A stretch of DNA of 64,000 nt from Verrucomicrobiia bacterium (lineage in GTDB: Bacteria > Verrucomicrobiota > Verrucomicrobiia > Limisphaerales > UBA11358). The notes below the pieces were generated by a model. The model was not told the DNA's origin and searched no databases. It saw nothing but the letters and a program-made list of their open reading frames with translations. The stretch lies in assembly GCA_035605035.1 (NCBI GenBank), contig DATNHI010000106.1, forward strand, positions 849 through 64,848, in the 5' to 3' direction. Positions 46,895 through 57,118 of the stretch are shown here, piece by piece; the stretch's first letter is position 1; each line of letters begins with the position of its first letter. Made by a program: the position numbers and the translations under genes.

Positions 46895-47045
46895 CGCCCT
46901 TCCAAATGCCTGCGAGATTAGCTGTCGGGCTTGGCCTTGAAAGTGGCCCGGTGATTCCGTTGCCGGAACCCCTGCGCCCCGTCCTCAACTTTGAGGAATT
47001 TGGGTCTCCCGCATCGGCTTGCAGGAAGGCAAACCGATTTAGGCT
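46895..47045 (-). promoter_or_regulatory. ydaO/yuaA-type (c-di-AMP) riboswitch candidate upstream of kdpFABC
   Basis: Minus-strand RNA AAAUCGGUUUGCC..GAUGCGGGAGACCCAAAUUCC...GACGGGGCGCAGGGGUUCCGG...GCCCGACAGCUAAUCUCGCAGGC. Matches remembered conserved blocks GCGGGGGACCCA, GGGGUGAAUCC and CCCGUCAGCUAACCUCGUAAGCG. Confidence 0.65.
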
Positions 47046-47110
47046 GCAACGGCCAAAGTTAATCACAGCTTCCAAAGTTTGTCAACTCCGCCGCAAACGG
47101 GCTGTTTTTA

Positions 47111-48688
47111 TTGAAAAAACCTTTGCCAACCGGCGCGCCAAAGCGTCTTATTTCCCAACAGCTTATGGCTCGAATCCGGATTTTGCTGGCGTTTGTCTGC
47201 TGGATGCCCGCGATGCTTTTCGCGGAGGAAGAAACGTACTGGCCGGTGGCCATTGTCCCGCCGCAACCGGCGCGCGAATTCCGCGGCGCCTGGCTCGTGA
47301 CCGTCGCCAACAAAGACTGGCCGTCCAAACCCGGCCTGCCCGTCGCGGCGCAAAAGGCCGAACTGGCCGAATTGTTGGACCGCGCGGCGCAGTTGAAATT
47401 GAACGCCATCATTTTTCAGGTGCGCCCGTCCTGCGACGCGATGTATGCCTCGGCGATTGAGCCGTGGTCGGAATATCTCACCGGCACGATGGGCAAGGCG
47501 CCGGAACCGTTTTACGACCCGCTCGCCTTTGCCATCGAAGAGGCACACCGGCGCGGACTTGAACTGCACGCCTGGTTCAACCCGTTCCGCGCGTTGCATG
47601 AGCAGGCCAGGTCGCCCGTCGCGCCGAATCATGTTTCGCGGACGCACCCCGAATGGGTCCGCCACTACGGCAGCCAACTGTGGCTCGACCCCGGGGAACC
47701 GTCCGTGCGGGTTTACGTTTTGGGCGTGATCATGGACGTGGTGCGGCGTTATGACGTGGATGGTGTGCAATTGGATGATTATTTTTATCCCTACCCGGAA
47801 AAGGACGCCGCGGGGCGCGAATTGGGATTTCCCGACGACGCGAGCTGGCGGAACTACGGGCTGTCGAGCCGATTGAGCCGGGACGACTGGCGGCGCGCCA
47901 ACATCAATGCGTTTGTTCAGGGCGTTTACCAGAACATCAAGGCGGCCAAACCGTGGGTGAAATTCGGCGTCAGCCCGTTTGGCATCTGGCGGCCGATGAA
48001 TCCGCTGCAAATCCGGGGCATGGACGCCTACGCGAAACTCTACGCCGACTCGCGCCGGTGGTTGGCGAACGGCTGGCTCGATTATTTTTCGCCGCAACTG
48101 TACTGGTCCATGGATACGCCACAACAGAGCTTTCCCGTGCTCCTCAACTGGTGGGCCCAACAAAATGTTCAAGGCCGGCACCTCTGGCCGGGACTCGACG
48201 CTGCCAATGTCGGGGAAAAGTGGGGACCGGACGAAATCGCGCGGCAAATTGCTGCCACGCGCCAGCAACCCGGCGCCGGCGGGGAAATCTTTTATCACCT
48301 GCGCAACCTGACAGACACTGCCGGGCTGGCCAACGTCGTGCGCGCCGCTTATCCGCAGCCGGCGCTCGTGCCGGCCTCGCCGTGGCTGGAGGCCATGCTG
48401 CCGGGCAAACCCAGGCTCACCATTGCGGAAAACAGCCGCACCAGTTTGAGACTCCAATGGCAAACGGCGGATAGCCGGGCCTCGCTGTGGATTTTGCAGT
48501 TTCGCACCAACCAGGTCTGGACCACGGAAATCCTGCCCGCCGCCCGGACGAATTGGGCGTTTGCCAAGCCCGCGCCGGATTTGATCGCCATCAGTGCGGT
48601 GGACCGGGCGGACGGCGTCAGTACACCCGCTGCGCTCAGGAAATATCGGCTCGTTCCCGTCGGGAAAGGGACCTACATCTGGCGATAG
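47111..48688 (+). CDS. glycosyl-hydrolase-like family 10 (GHL10/YngK-like) secreted protein
   Basis: EFRGAWLVTVANKDWPS...LNAIIFQVRPSCDAMY...LELHAWFNPF...VDGVQLDDYFYP. Likely start 47165. Confidence 0.75.
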   Translation: MKKPLPTGAPKRLISQQLMARIRILLAFVCWMPAMLFAEEETYWPVAIVPPQPAREFRGAWLVTVANKDWPSKPGLPVAAQKAELAELLDRAAQLKLNAIIFQVRPSCDAMYASAIEPWSEYLTGTMGKAPEPFYDPLAFAIEEAHRRGLELHAWFNPFRALHEQARSPVAPNHVSRTHPEWVRHYGSQLWLDPGEPSVRVYVLGVIMDVVRRYDVDGVQLDDYFYPYPEKDAAGRELGFPDDASWRNYGLSSRLSRDDWRRANINAFVQGVYQNIKAAKPWVKFGVSPFGIWRPMNPLQIRGMDAYAKLYADSRRWLANGWLDYFSPQLYWSMDTPQQSFPVLLNWWAQQNVQGRHLWPGLDAANVGEKWGPDEIARQIAATRQQPGAGGEIFYHLRNLTDTAGLANVVRAAYPQPALVPASPWLEAMLPGKPRLTIAENSRTSLRLQWQTADSRASLWILQFRTNQVWTTEILPAARTNWAFAKPAPDLIAISAVDRADGVSTPAALRKYRLVPVGKGTYIWR

Positions 48689-48693
48689 CGGTT

Positions 48694-49126
48694 TTGGAAG
48701 GGCTGTAAGCCGAATTCTGTCTTCACCCTTGCGGATGGAGAGAACCATTTGTCTCAGCAGCCGATACCCGGAACCCGTCCCGCGTTGGCGGGACCGGAGC
48801 GGGCCGCTCCGGAGTTCCCTATTTGGCCTTGCACCCGATGGGGTTTTCCGTGCCGCGTCGCTTGCGCTTCGCGCGGTGGTCTCTTACACCACCTTTTCAC
48901 CCTTGCCCCTCTGAAATTTCAAATTTCAAATTTGAGATTCCAAAGCGGCGGTCTGTTTTCTGTGGCACTGTCCGTCGGGACGGCTCGCGCCGCCGCCGCC
49001 CGCGTGTATCCTCTGAAATCTCAAATCCGAAATTTGAAATTCCAAAAGGTTACGCGGCATCGCGCCCTTTGGTGTTCGGACTTTCCTCTGCCGGCTCGCG
49101 CCGGCGGCGATTCTCCGCCCTTCCAA
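48694..49126 (-). ncRNA. rnpB: RNase P RNA, bacterial type A
   Basis: Minus-strand GGAAGGGCGGAGAAUCGCC...CAGAGGAAAGUCCGAACACCAAAGGGCGCGAUGCCGCGUAAC...CAGUGCCACAGAAAACAGACCGCC...AAGGGUGAAAAGGUGGUGUAAGAGACCACC...GCAAGGCCAAAUAGGGAAC...GACAGAAUUCGGCUUACAGCCCUUCC. P1 closes with GGAAGGGC/GCCCUUCC. Confidence 0.9.
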
Positions 49127-49206
49127 AACCATTGGGAAAATAGCCGATGGGAGCAAAAATCTCAAGGGGTCAATTCCGGTTCGGGCCGCGTCCCTGCGAC
49201 TTCGCA

Positions 49207-49235
49207 TTGACATTTATCGCTTTAAAGGAATAACT
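49207..49235 (+). promoter_or_regulatory. sigma-70-like promoter candidate for the pilus ATPase operon
   Basis: ttgaca, 17-nt spacer, ataact. About 45 nt upstream of the pilB-like start. Confidence 0.4.
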
Positions 49236-49280
49236 TCTCCCTGTGTTCCACAAAATGGGCTAGTGTAAGGCAAGAGCACC

Positions 49281-50984
49281 ATGGCTGAAAAAGACGATTA
49301 TCTGTTGGACTTGCTGGTGGACCTCGGCTCCGTGAATGCCGAACAGGTCGCCGCCGCCCGCCAGGAGGCGCAAACCGCCGGCGTGGGCGTGGTGGACCTG
49401 TTGCTGGCCAACAAAGTTATCCGGCCCGCCGATGTCACCCAGGCCAAGGCCGCGCAATTCGGCGCGGAGGTCGTCCAGCTCGCCAGCCTGCGGATCCCCG
49501 ACGAAGTCATTTCCGTCATTCCCCGCCACATCGCCAAAAAATACCGCGTCGTCCCCATTATGAAAAGCGATGGCAAGGTCGCCGTGGCCATCGCCGACCC
49601 GTCGGATCTGAATACGATTGATTCACTGACCCACCTGCTGAACGCGGAAATCGAACTCCGCGTGGCTTCGGAGCAGGACATTGAAAACGCGCTGGGGCGG
49701 TATTATGGCGGCAAGGGAGACTCGGTGGTGGACAAGGCAATCCAGGAACTGACCCAAAGCGAAGTCGAAGTGCCCGTCGGCGACATGGGCGATGACAGCT
49801 CGGTGGTGGACGCGGACGCGCCGCTCATCCGGTTGGTGAACCAGATCATCGCCGACGCGTTCAAGATGCGCGCCTCGGACATTCATCTGGAGCCATTGGG
49901 CAAGCGCTTCCGGCTGCGCTACCGCATTGACGGTTTGCTGCACGAAATGAAGGCGCCGCCCAAACGGCTGCAGGCGTCCATCATCACGCGGCTGAAAATC
50001 CAGTCGAACATGTCCATCTCCGAGCACCGCATCCCGCAGGATGGGCGTATCCAGTCCAAAGTGGGCAACAAGTTCATTGACCTCCGCGTATCGTGTTTGC
50101 CGACGAACCACGGCGAAAGCATCGTGATGCGTATCCTGGACAAGGAAGGGTTGCGGCTCGGTCTCGGAGAACTCGGTTTTTTCACGGACGACCAGCAAAC
50201 TTTTGAAAGGTTGATCGGCCTGCCCGACGGCATATTGCTGGTGACCGGCCCGACCGGTTCCGGCAAAACGACGACGCTTTATTCCTGCCTGCACTTTATC
50301 AACCGACCGGACCGGAAAATCATCACCGTCGAAGACCCGGTGGAATATATTTTGGGCGGCATCAACCAGGTCCAGGTCAATGAAGTCGTCGGCCTTACCT
50401 TTGCCGCCGCGTTGCGCTCGATATTGCGCCAGGCGCCGAACGTCATCATGATCGGTGAAATTCGCGACCTCGAAACCGCGTCCATTGCCATCAACGCATC
50501 GCTGACCGGCCATTTGGTCTTCTCCACGCTGCACACCAACGACGCGCCGAGCGCTGTCGCCCGCCTGATTGACATCGGCGTGAAGCCCTTTTTGGTCGCA
50601 TCGTCCACGCGTTCACTCATGGCGCAACGCCTCGTCCGCAAGGTTTGCAAAAAATGCGCGGCGCCCTATCAAGCCACCGAAGCCGAGATGAGCGCGCTGA
50701 GTCTCACCCTGGACAACATGAAGGACGCCCACCTGCAGAAAGGGCGCGGCTGCAGTGATTGCTCGAACACCGGCTGCCGCGGACGGTTTGGCATTTTTGA
50801 AATTTTCGTCGTTGACGACGAGGCGCGGAAATTGATTTACGACCGGGCACCGTCGTCCGCGTTGCGCGCACGCGCCCGGGAAATGGGCATGCGGACGCTG
50901 CGCGAGGACGGCATCCGCAAAGTGCTCGCCGGCCTGACCACGCCCGAAGAGGTCATCCGGGCAACCATTGGGGACGAAGCGTGA
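49281..50984 (+). CDS. GspE/PilB-family secretion ATPase with N-terminal MshEN/T2SSE_N domain (copy 1)
   Basis: Walker A GPTGSGKTTTLY, Asp box, MIGEIRD, His box, tetracysteine CKKC...CSDC. Confidence 0.9.
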   Translation: MAEKDDYLLDLLVDLGSVNAEQVAAARQEAQTAGVGVVDLLLANKVIRPADVTQAKAAQFGAEVVQLASLRIPDEVISVIPRHIAKKYRVVPIMKSDGKVAVAIADPSDLNTIDSLTHLLNAEIELRVASEQDIENALGRYYGGKGDSVVDKAIQELTQSEVEVPVGDMGDDSSVVDADAPLIRLVNQIIADAFKMRASDIHLEPLGKRFRLRYRIDGLLHEMKAPPKRLQASIITRLKIQSNMSISEHRIPQDGRIQSKVGNKFIDLRVSCLPTNHGESIVMRILDKEGLRLGLGELGFFTDDQQTFERLIGLPDGILLVTGPTGSGKTTTLYSCLHFINRPDRKIITVEDPVEYILGGINQVQVNEVVGLTFAAALRSILRQAPNVIMIGEIRDLETASIAINASLTGHLVFSTLHTNDAPSAVARLIDIGVKPFLVASSTRSLMAQRLVRKVCKKCAAPYQATEAEMSALSLTLDNMKDAHLQKGRGCSDCSNTGCRGRFGIFEIFVVDDEARKLIYDRAPSSALRARAREMGMRTLREDGIRKVLAGLTTPEEVIRATIGDEA

Positions 50985-51150
50985 GCAGTGGAATGCGTCC
51001 TTGACCAAATCAGTCCAAATGCGAATCTCCCGGCAAAAATTTTCACGTCCTGGCGCGCAACGATTCAATGCGCGCCCGGTCAAATCTGTGACCGACATGA
51101 TTCATGCGGCCGCTGTAGCCTGTTTAACGATTTAACCATTTAACGAACTC

Positions 51151-52266
51151 ATGTCTTACTCCATGTCTGATTTACTACAGTTGGTGGTGGCCGAAGGCGC
51201 CTCCGACCTGCACATCCGCGTTGGCACGCCGCCGGTCATCCGCGTGCACGGCATCCTGCACCGTGTCGAAGGCCCGTCGCTCAAGCCGGAGGACACCGAG
51301 GAATTAATGCGCAGCATCACCTCCGAGGAGCATATCCAGGGCACGCGCGAACGTGGCGGCGCGGACTTCGGGTTCGCGTTCGGCGAGGTGGCGCGCTTCC
51401 GTGTGAGCGTTTTCAAGGAGAAAGGCAATTTCGGCATCGTGCTCCGGCAAATTCCCAGCAAACTTCTGACAATGGAGGAAATCGGAATTCCGCCGAGCGC
51501 GAAGGAACTGCTCTACAAACCGCGCGGCCTGGTGTTGGTGACCGGCCCGACCGGTTGCGGCAAGACCACCACCCTCGCCACGATGATCAATATCATCAAC
51601 GAAGAACGGGACGAGGCACACATCATCACCATCGAAGACCCCATCGAATATTATCACAAGCACAAACGGGCGCTGATTACCCAGCGCGAGATCGGCGTGG
51701 ACGTGCCGAATTTTGCCGAGGGCCTGCGCCGCGCGTTGCGCCAGGACCCGGACGTGGTGCTGGTCGGCGAAATGCGCGACCTGGAGACGATTGACGCCGC
51801 CATCACCGCGGCGGAAACCGGGCACCTGGTCTTCGGCACGCTGCACACGACCGGCGCGGCCAAGACGATTGACCGCATCGTCAACGCCTTTCCGAACAAC
51901 CAGCAGGAACAGATTCGCATCCAGCTTTCGACGGTCCTCCAGGCGGTCATTTCGCAATTGCTGCTGCCGCGCATTGACAAGCCGGGGCGCGTGGCCGTTT
52001 TTGAAATCATGATCAACACACCGTCCATTTCCGCGCTCATCCGCGACAACAAAACGTTCCGCGTCCAGTCGGACATCCAGACCGGCGCCAAGTACGGGAT
52101 GGTGACGCTCGATTCGTTCCTGATTGACAAATATCTGCAAGGCCTGATCGCGCGCGAGGAAGTCATTACCAAGGCGCAGGACCCGACGACGATTCAACAG
52201 AAATTGCAGGAATTGGAACTGGCCCAGGCCACCGGCTCCGACACCGGGCCCAAATCAAAGGGCTGA
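51151..52266 (+). CDS. pilT: PilT-type twitching motility (retraction) ATPase
   Basis: [19 protein letters not shown]...[12 protein letters not shown]...[11 protein letters not shown]...[10 protein letters not shown]. Confidence 0.9.
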   Translation: MSYSMSDLLQLVVAEGASDLHIRVGTPPVIRVHGILHRVEGPSLKPEDTEELMRSITSEEHIQGTRERGGADFGFAFGEVARFRVSVFKEKGNFGIVLRQIPSKLLTMEEIGIPPSAKELLYKPRGLVLVTGPTGCGKTTTLATMINIINEERDEAHIITIEDPIEYYHKHKRALITQREIGVDVPNFAEGLRRALRQDPDVVLVGEMRDLETIDAAITAAETGHLVFGTLHTTGAAKTIDRIVNAFPNNQQEQIRIQLSTVLQAVISQLLLPRIDKPGRVAVFEIMINTPSISALIRDNKTFRVQSDIQTGAKYGMVTLDSFLIDKYLQGLIAREEVITKAQDPTTIQQKLQELELAQATGSDTGPKSKG

Positions 52267-52276
52267 CCTTTTTCCC

Positions 52277-53983
52277 ATGGCCGAAGAAATTTCCAGTCCA
52301 TTGCTGTCGCTCATCAAGGAGCGGGAGCTGATTGACGACTTGCAATACGAAGAAGTCGTTGCCGAACTGAAGCGCACTGGCGCGCCTGTGATTGAGGTCC
52401 TGCAGGACTTCGGCGTCATGAAGCTCGACGACATCCTGCACGTGATGGCCGCCAACCTCGGCACCGAGGTCGTGTCGTTGCGCGACCGGGAATTTCCTCC
52501 CGCGCTGGTGCAGACGATTCCCGCCAAAGTCGCCCGCATGTATCACTGCGTCCCCGTCGCCTTGAAAGGCTCGACGGTCCAGGTGGCGCTGGCGGACCCG
52601 CTCGACCCGGCGCAGGCCGACGAAATCCAGTTTGCCGCCAAACAGGACGTGCAGGTGGTCGTGGCCGACCCCGCCGAAATCGAGAAGACCCTCGACCGGC
52701 TTTACGGCGCGGACGAAAGCGAAACCTTTTCGGAGATTCTCAAGGAGCTGGGCGCCGACACGGAAATCGCGCGCGAAGCCAGCGAGGCTGACGCCGACGA
52801 TGAAAAGCGCATGACCGAACTGGCCAACGAGGCGCCCATCGTAAAATTCGTCAATCTCGTGTTGCAACAGGCCATTCAGGACCGTGCGAGCGACATTCAT
52901 TTCGAGCCGTTCGAGACGGAATTTCGCATCCGTTACCGCGTGGACGGCGCGCTTTACGAAATGTCCCCGCCGCCCAAGCACCTGGCGTTGCCGGTCATTT
53001 CGCGCCTGAAAGTCATGGCCAACCTGAACATTTCCGAACGGCGCCTGCCGCAGGACGGCCGCATCAATTATGCGGTGGGGAACCGCCAGATTGACCTGCG
53101 CGTGTCCACGCTGCCGACGCAATTCGGCGAATCGCTGGTGTTGCGCGTGCTCGACCGTTCGGCGGTGAACCTGGAACTGGAATCGCTGGGCCTGCCCAAG
53201 CACGTGCAGGAATTCATGAAAGAGGTGATTCAACGGCCCAACGGCATTGTCATCGTCACCGGGCCGACCGGTTGCGGAAAAACGACGACGCTGTATTCCT
53301 GTCTGCGCCGCGTCAACGCGATTGACTCCAAGCTGCTCACGGCGGAAGACCCGGTCGAATATGACATCGAGGGCATCATGCAGGTGGCCATTCATGAGGC
53401 GGTCGGCATGACGTTCGGCAAGGCGCTGCGGTCATTTTTGCGCCAGGATCCGGACATCATCATGGTGGGTGAAATGCGCGACCTGGAAACCGCGCAGATT
53501 TCGATCCAGGCGTCGCTGACCGGCCACCTGGTGATGAGCACGCTGCACACGAACGATTCCGCGGGCGCGGTCACGCGTATGATTGACATGGGCGTCGAGC
53601 CGTTTTTGATTTCCTCGACCCTGATGGCCGTGCTGGCCCAGCGGCTCGTGCGGGTCATTTGCAAGAATTGCCAGACGCCCTTTGAGCCGACGGAGGACCA
53701 GTTGGCGCTGTTGAATCTTTCGCCGCATGATTTGGGCGACAAGGTGTTTCATTACGGGCGCGGCTGCTCGAACTGCAACGACACCGGCTACAAGGGCCGG
53801 AAAGGTATTTTTGAATTGCTCATCATCAACGAACCTATTCGCGCCCTCATCAACGAACGCGCGCCGACGGTGGTGTTGCGGCAGAAAGCCATCGAATTGG
53901 GCATGGTGACCTTGCGCGAAGACGGCTTGCGCAGCATCTTTGAAGGTGATACAACCATCGAGGAAGTCGTCAAATATACTTAA
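52277..53983 (+). CDS. GspE/PilB-family secretion ATPase with N-terminal T2SSE_N domain (copy 2)
   Basis: [23 protein letters not shown]...CSNC. Same architecture as copy 1. Confidence 0.9.
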   Translation: MAEEISSPLLSLIKERELIDDLQYEEVVAELKRTGAPVIEVLQDFGVMKLDDILHVMAANLGTEVVSLRDREFPPALVQTIPAKVARMYHCVPVALKGSTVQVALADPLDPAQADEIQFAAKQDVQVVVADPAEIEKTLDRLYGADESETFSEILKELGADTEIAREASEADADDEKRMTELANEAPIVKFVNLVLQQAIQDRASDIHFEPFETEFRIRYRVDGALYEMSPPPKHLALPVISRLKVMANLNISERRLPQDGRINYAVGNRQIDLRVSTLPTQFGESLVLRVLDRSAVNLELESLGLPKHVQEFMKEVIQRPNGIVIVTGPTGCGKTTTLYSCLRRVNAIDSKLLTAEDPVEYDIEGIMQVAIHEAVGMTFGKALRSFLRQDPDIIMVGEMRDLETAQISIQASLTGHLVMSTLHTNDSAGAVTRMIDMGVEPFLISSTLMAVLAQRLVRVICKNCQTPFEPTEDQLALLNLSPHDLGDKVFHYGRGCSNCNDTGYKGRKGIFELLIINEPIRALINERAPTVVLRQKAIELGMVTLREDGLRSIFEGDTTIEEVVKYT

Positions 53984-53988
53984 CCGCT

Positions 53989-55290
53989 ATGCCGAAATTC
54001 AATTACGTGGCCCTGGACGCCCGCGGCAACGAAACGAAGGGCAGCCTGGACGTCGCCACTCAGAACGAGGCCATTGGCCGTGTCAAGGAGATGGGCCTGT
54101 TCCCGACCAAAATCGCCGAGGCTGAAAAAGTCCAGGAAAAGCAGGCCGGCCGGAAGGCGAAGACCGGCGGCAAAAAAGGCGGCGGCGGCGCGCTGAATAT
54201 CCAGATCAAAATCCCCGGTCTCAGCGGCCGGGTAAAACAAAAAGTGTTGACGGCCTTCACCCGGCAACTGGCGACGCTGGTGGATGCCGGCCTGCCCCTC
54301 CTGCGCGGGTTGCGCGTCCTCGAAAAACAGGAGCGCAACGCGGCGCTCAAAACCATCATCGGCGAACTGGCCCTGGCGATCGAGGGGGGCAGCACTTTTT
54401 CCGAGGCGCTGGCGCAACATCCCAAAACCTTCAATCGTCTGTACGTGAACATGGTCAAGGCGGGCGAGCTGGGCGGCGTGCTGGAAGTGGTCTTGAAACG
54501 ACTGGCCGAATTCGCCGAAAAAGCGCAGAAGATCAAAGGCAAGATCAAGGCCGCGCTGTTTTATCCGGTGGCCGTGATGATTGTCGCCACCGGCATCCTG
54601 ATTCTGCTGATGACCTTTGTCGTGCCCCGGTTCAAGGAAGTCTTTGCCGGCATGGATGTCACCATGCCGAGATTCACGCTCATCGTGCTTGCGATCAGCG
54701 ACGCCATCCGGCACCACATTCTGCCAACCCTGGGCGGCTTGGCGGTGGCCTGGGTATTGTTGCTTCTGTTTCTCAAGACCAAAGTGGGCCGGCTCATGTG
54801 GGACAAATTCAAACTCAAGATGCCCGCCATCGGGCCGGTCATCAGCAAGGTGGCCATTTCCCGTTTCACCCGCACGCTTGGCACCCTCGTCAGCAGCGGT
54901 GTCCCCATTTTGCAGGCGTTGACCATCGTCAAAGAGACCGCCGGCAACATTGTCATCAGCAATGCCGTCGCCAAGGTCCATGAAAGCGTGAAGGAAGGTG
55001 AAACGATAACCGCGCCCCTGGAAAGTTCGGCGGTCTTTCCGCCAATGGTGGTCAGCATGGTGGACGTCGGTGAACAAACCGGCGCCTTGCCGGAAATGCT
55101 CCTGAGAATCGCCGACAATTACGAAGAAGAAGTGGACAACGCCGTCGCTGCCATGACCTCCCTGCTGGAACCGATCATGATCGTCGCTCTGGCGTTTATC
55201 GTCGGCAGCATCGTCATCGCCATGTTCCTGCCGTTGATCGCCATGATTACCCAGATGAGCGGCGGCGGCGGTGCCGGTGGTGAAGATTAA
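53989..55290 (+). CDS. pilC: GspF/PilC-family inner-membrane platform protein
   Basis: Duplicated T2SSF regions (FTRQLATLVDAGLPLL.. / FTRTLGTLVSSGVPIL..) and three TM segments. Confidence 0.9.
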   Translation: MPKFNYVALDARGNETKGSLDVATQNEAIGRVKEMGLFPTKIAEAEKVQEKQAGRKAKTGGKKGGGGALNIQIKIPGLSGRVKQKVLTAFTRQLATLVDAGLPLLRGLRVLEKQERNAALKTIIGELALAIEGGSTFSEALAQHPKTFNRLYVNMVKAGELGGVLEVVLKRLAEFAEKAQKIKGKIKAALFYPVAVMIVATGILILLMTFVVPRFKEVFAGMDVTMPRFTLIVLAISDAIRHHILPTLGGLAVAWVLLLLFLKTKVGRLMWDKFKLKMPAIGPVISKVAISRFTRTLGTLVSSGVPILQALTIVKETAGNIVISNAVAKVHESVKEGETITAPLESSAVFPPMVVSMVDVGEQTGALPEMLLRIADNYEEEVDNAVAAMTSLLEPIMIVALAFIVGSIVIAMFLPLIAMITQMSGGGGAGGED

Positions 55291-55339
55291 TCCACGACCG
55301 AGCCAAAAGGGCCTTGTTTCCAGGCCGGAAACAAAAGTG

Positions 55340-55385
55340 TTGACAAAATGCGACGCCCGTGCGTAAATACAATGTAATCACATTG
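55340..55385 (+). promoter_or_regulatory. promoter candidate plus palindromic operator for the BrnT/BrnA-like pair
   Basis: ttgaca, 18-nt spacer, taaata, immediately followed by caatgt-aatc-acattg. Confidence 0.4.
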
Positions 55386-55415
55386 CATGGGCGTTTTATT
55401 TACAATTAGCCCGTT

Positions 55416-55709
55416 ATGGAGTTTGATTGGAATAATCCGCCCTTTGAAATGGGTGGTTCTTTGACTCAGCGGGAAATTGAAGAGTCCTTTGAGGATCCGT
55501 TTGCCATCCGGCTGTTGCCCGACTCGCCGCGTTTCGGCGTTCAGGCCCGGTTCTTCAATCTGGGCATGACGGCGGGCGGCGCCGGCGTTTTCAGCGCCTA
55601 TCGGACCAATGGCCGGTTGATCCGGGTTTTGCACGCCCGCGAATTTGACCCGGAAGAACGGTTTTTTTACCAGCGCAAACTGGACCAGACGCTGACGGGT
55701 GAGAAGTGA
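55416..55709 (+). CDS. BrnT/DUF497-like putative toxin
   Basis: MEFDWNNPPF...EIEESFEDPFAIRLLPD...GRLIRVLHAREFDPEERFFY follows the DUF497 pattern. Confidence 0.6.
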   Translation: MEFDWNNPPFEMGGSLTQREIEESFEDPFAIRLLPDSPRFGVQARFFNLGMTAGGAGVFSAYRTNGRLIRVLHAREFDPEERFFYQRKLDQTLTGEK

Positions 55710-55712
55710 CCA

Positions 55713-55798
55713 ATCTGGGGTTTGGGGTCTTGGGTCTGGGGTCCGGGTGCTGAAATCGGTCAGCCCCGGAACCGAGACGCCAGAACCCAGGCCCAAAC
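55713..55798. repeat. heptad-periodic inverted repeat between the toxin and antitoxin genes
   Basis: tctggggtttggggtcttgggtctggggtccggg ... ccccggaaccgagacgccagaacccaggcccaaac. Confidence 0.75.
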
Positions 55799-55803
55799 TT
55801 GAC

Positions 55804-56079
55804 ATGCGAACCTTTGCCAACTGGGAAGACGTGCCGCTCTTCGACAGCGAAGCGGCCGAGGCGAGCTTCTGGTCGGAGAACCGGCCGGACTTGCGCCTGA
55901 TGGAGGCGGCCACCGCCGGGAACGCGGAAGCCTCCGAATCCGTGACCATCACGCTGCGGATGGACCCGCGGATGCTGGCGCGCATCAAGCGGGTGGCCCG
56001 GACCCGCTATTTGAATTATCAGAGTATGATCAAGCAATGGTTGAGCGAACGGATGGAAGACGAACTGCGTGAAAAATAA
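55804..56079 (+). CDS. BrnA/CopG-type putative antitoxin
   Basis: FDSEAAEASFWSENRPDL...ITLRMDPRMLARIKRVARTRYLNYQSMIKQWLSERME matches the CopG-antitoxin pattern (..FW..; I.IRL; YQSLIK.WL.ERL). ATG 55804 preferred over ORF track 55699. Confidence 0.65.
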   Translation: MRTFANWEDVPLFDSEAAEASFWSENRPDLRLMEAATAGNAEASESVTITLRMDPRMLARIKRVARTRYLNYQSMIKQWLSERMEDELREK

Positions 56080-56871
56080 GTGAACGCCATGAAGACGAAA
56101 TCTCGAATGTCGAATGCCCAATGCCGGACTGAAAAGCGAGGCCGTCGCGATTTTGTCATTCGTCATTCGACATTCGACATTCGTGCCTTCACCCTCATCG
56201 AACTGCTCACCGTCATGGCCATCATCGCCGCGCTGGCGGCGTTCCTGTTCCCCGTGGTGGGGCGCATCAAGCGGCAGCAATACATCAAGAACGCGACGGC
56301 GGAAATGGAACAGTTGGAGACGGCCCTTGACCGCTACAAGGCCGCCTACGGCTTCTACCCGCCGGACAATCCATGCAACCCCTTGGTCAACCAGCTCTAC
56401 TTTGAACTGTTGGGAACGACCAATTTGGCTGTTCCTCCTGCCGCGCCGTTCTATCAATCGCTTGACGACCCCACCGTGCAACTCAAGCAATCCGACTTTG
56501 CCAATGCTTTCGGCACCATGGCCGGGAACAATTGCGTGAGCGGTTTTATGAATTGCAGCAAGCCCGGTTCGAGCGAGGACACGCCCAAGGCCCAAAACTT
56601 CCTGCCCAATTTGAGACCCAACCAGACCACCCTCTACAGTAACAACCTTGTCGGGTTAAAATTGATCATCACTTCCGTCAAAGGGCCGGACGTGACGTAC
56701 AAGCCGCTGGGCCTCGGCGCGCCCGACATCAATCCCTGGCGCTACAATTCGTCGAGCCCGACGAACAATCCCGGCGCCTATGACCTGTGGGTCCAACTGG
56801 TAATCAGCGGGAAAACGAATCTCATCTGCAATTGGAACAAGCAAGTGCAATTGAACAGCCCGCTGCCCTGA
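56080..56871 (+). CDS. GspG-like pseudopilin (prepilin-type N-terminal domain)
   Basis: AFTLIELLTVMAIIAALAAFLFPV then AEMEQLETALDRYKAAYGFYPPDN. True start uncertain (GTG 56080, ATG 56089 or ATG 56107); all lie in or before the repeat. Confidence 0.75.
   Translation: MNAMKTKSRMSNAQCRTEKRGRRDFVIRHSTFDIRAFTLIELLTVMAIIAALAAFLFPVVGRIKRQQYIKNATAEMEQLETALDRYKAAYGFYPPDNPCNPLVNQLYFELLGTTNLAVPPAAPFYQSLDDPTVQLKQSDFANAFGTMAGNNCVSGFMNCSKPGSSEDTPKAQNFLPNLRPNQTTLYSNNLVGLKLIITSVKGPDVTYKPLGLGAPDINPWRYNSSSPTNNPGAYDLWVQLVISGKTNLICNWNKQVQLNSPLP
56098..56185. repeat. heptad-periodic inverted repeat (cgaatgt / acattcg units) covering the pseudopilin leader region
   Basis: aaatctcgaatgtcgaatgcccaatgccgg ... ttgtcattcgtcattcgacattcgacattcgtg. 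Confidence 0.8.
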
Positions 56872-57118
56872 TTTTTATGTGCACCGCCTCAAAATCCGCA
56901 TTCGACCGCGGCGAACGGCTCCTGGCCGTTGACTGGCAGGATTGCCGTTGGCGCCCGCGCATCGCGGTGCAATCCCGGCAGGGCGAGGCTCCCGACGGGC
57001 CGTTGTCGCGGGCGGTTAAACGGTTGTCCCCGCCGCCGCGCCGCCCGGTTTCCCCACAACCTGACCTTGTTTCTTTCAAAACCATGAAGGCGATGCCGAT
57101 TTTCTCACGCCTCCGCCT

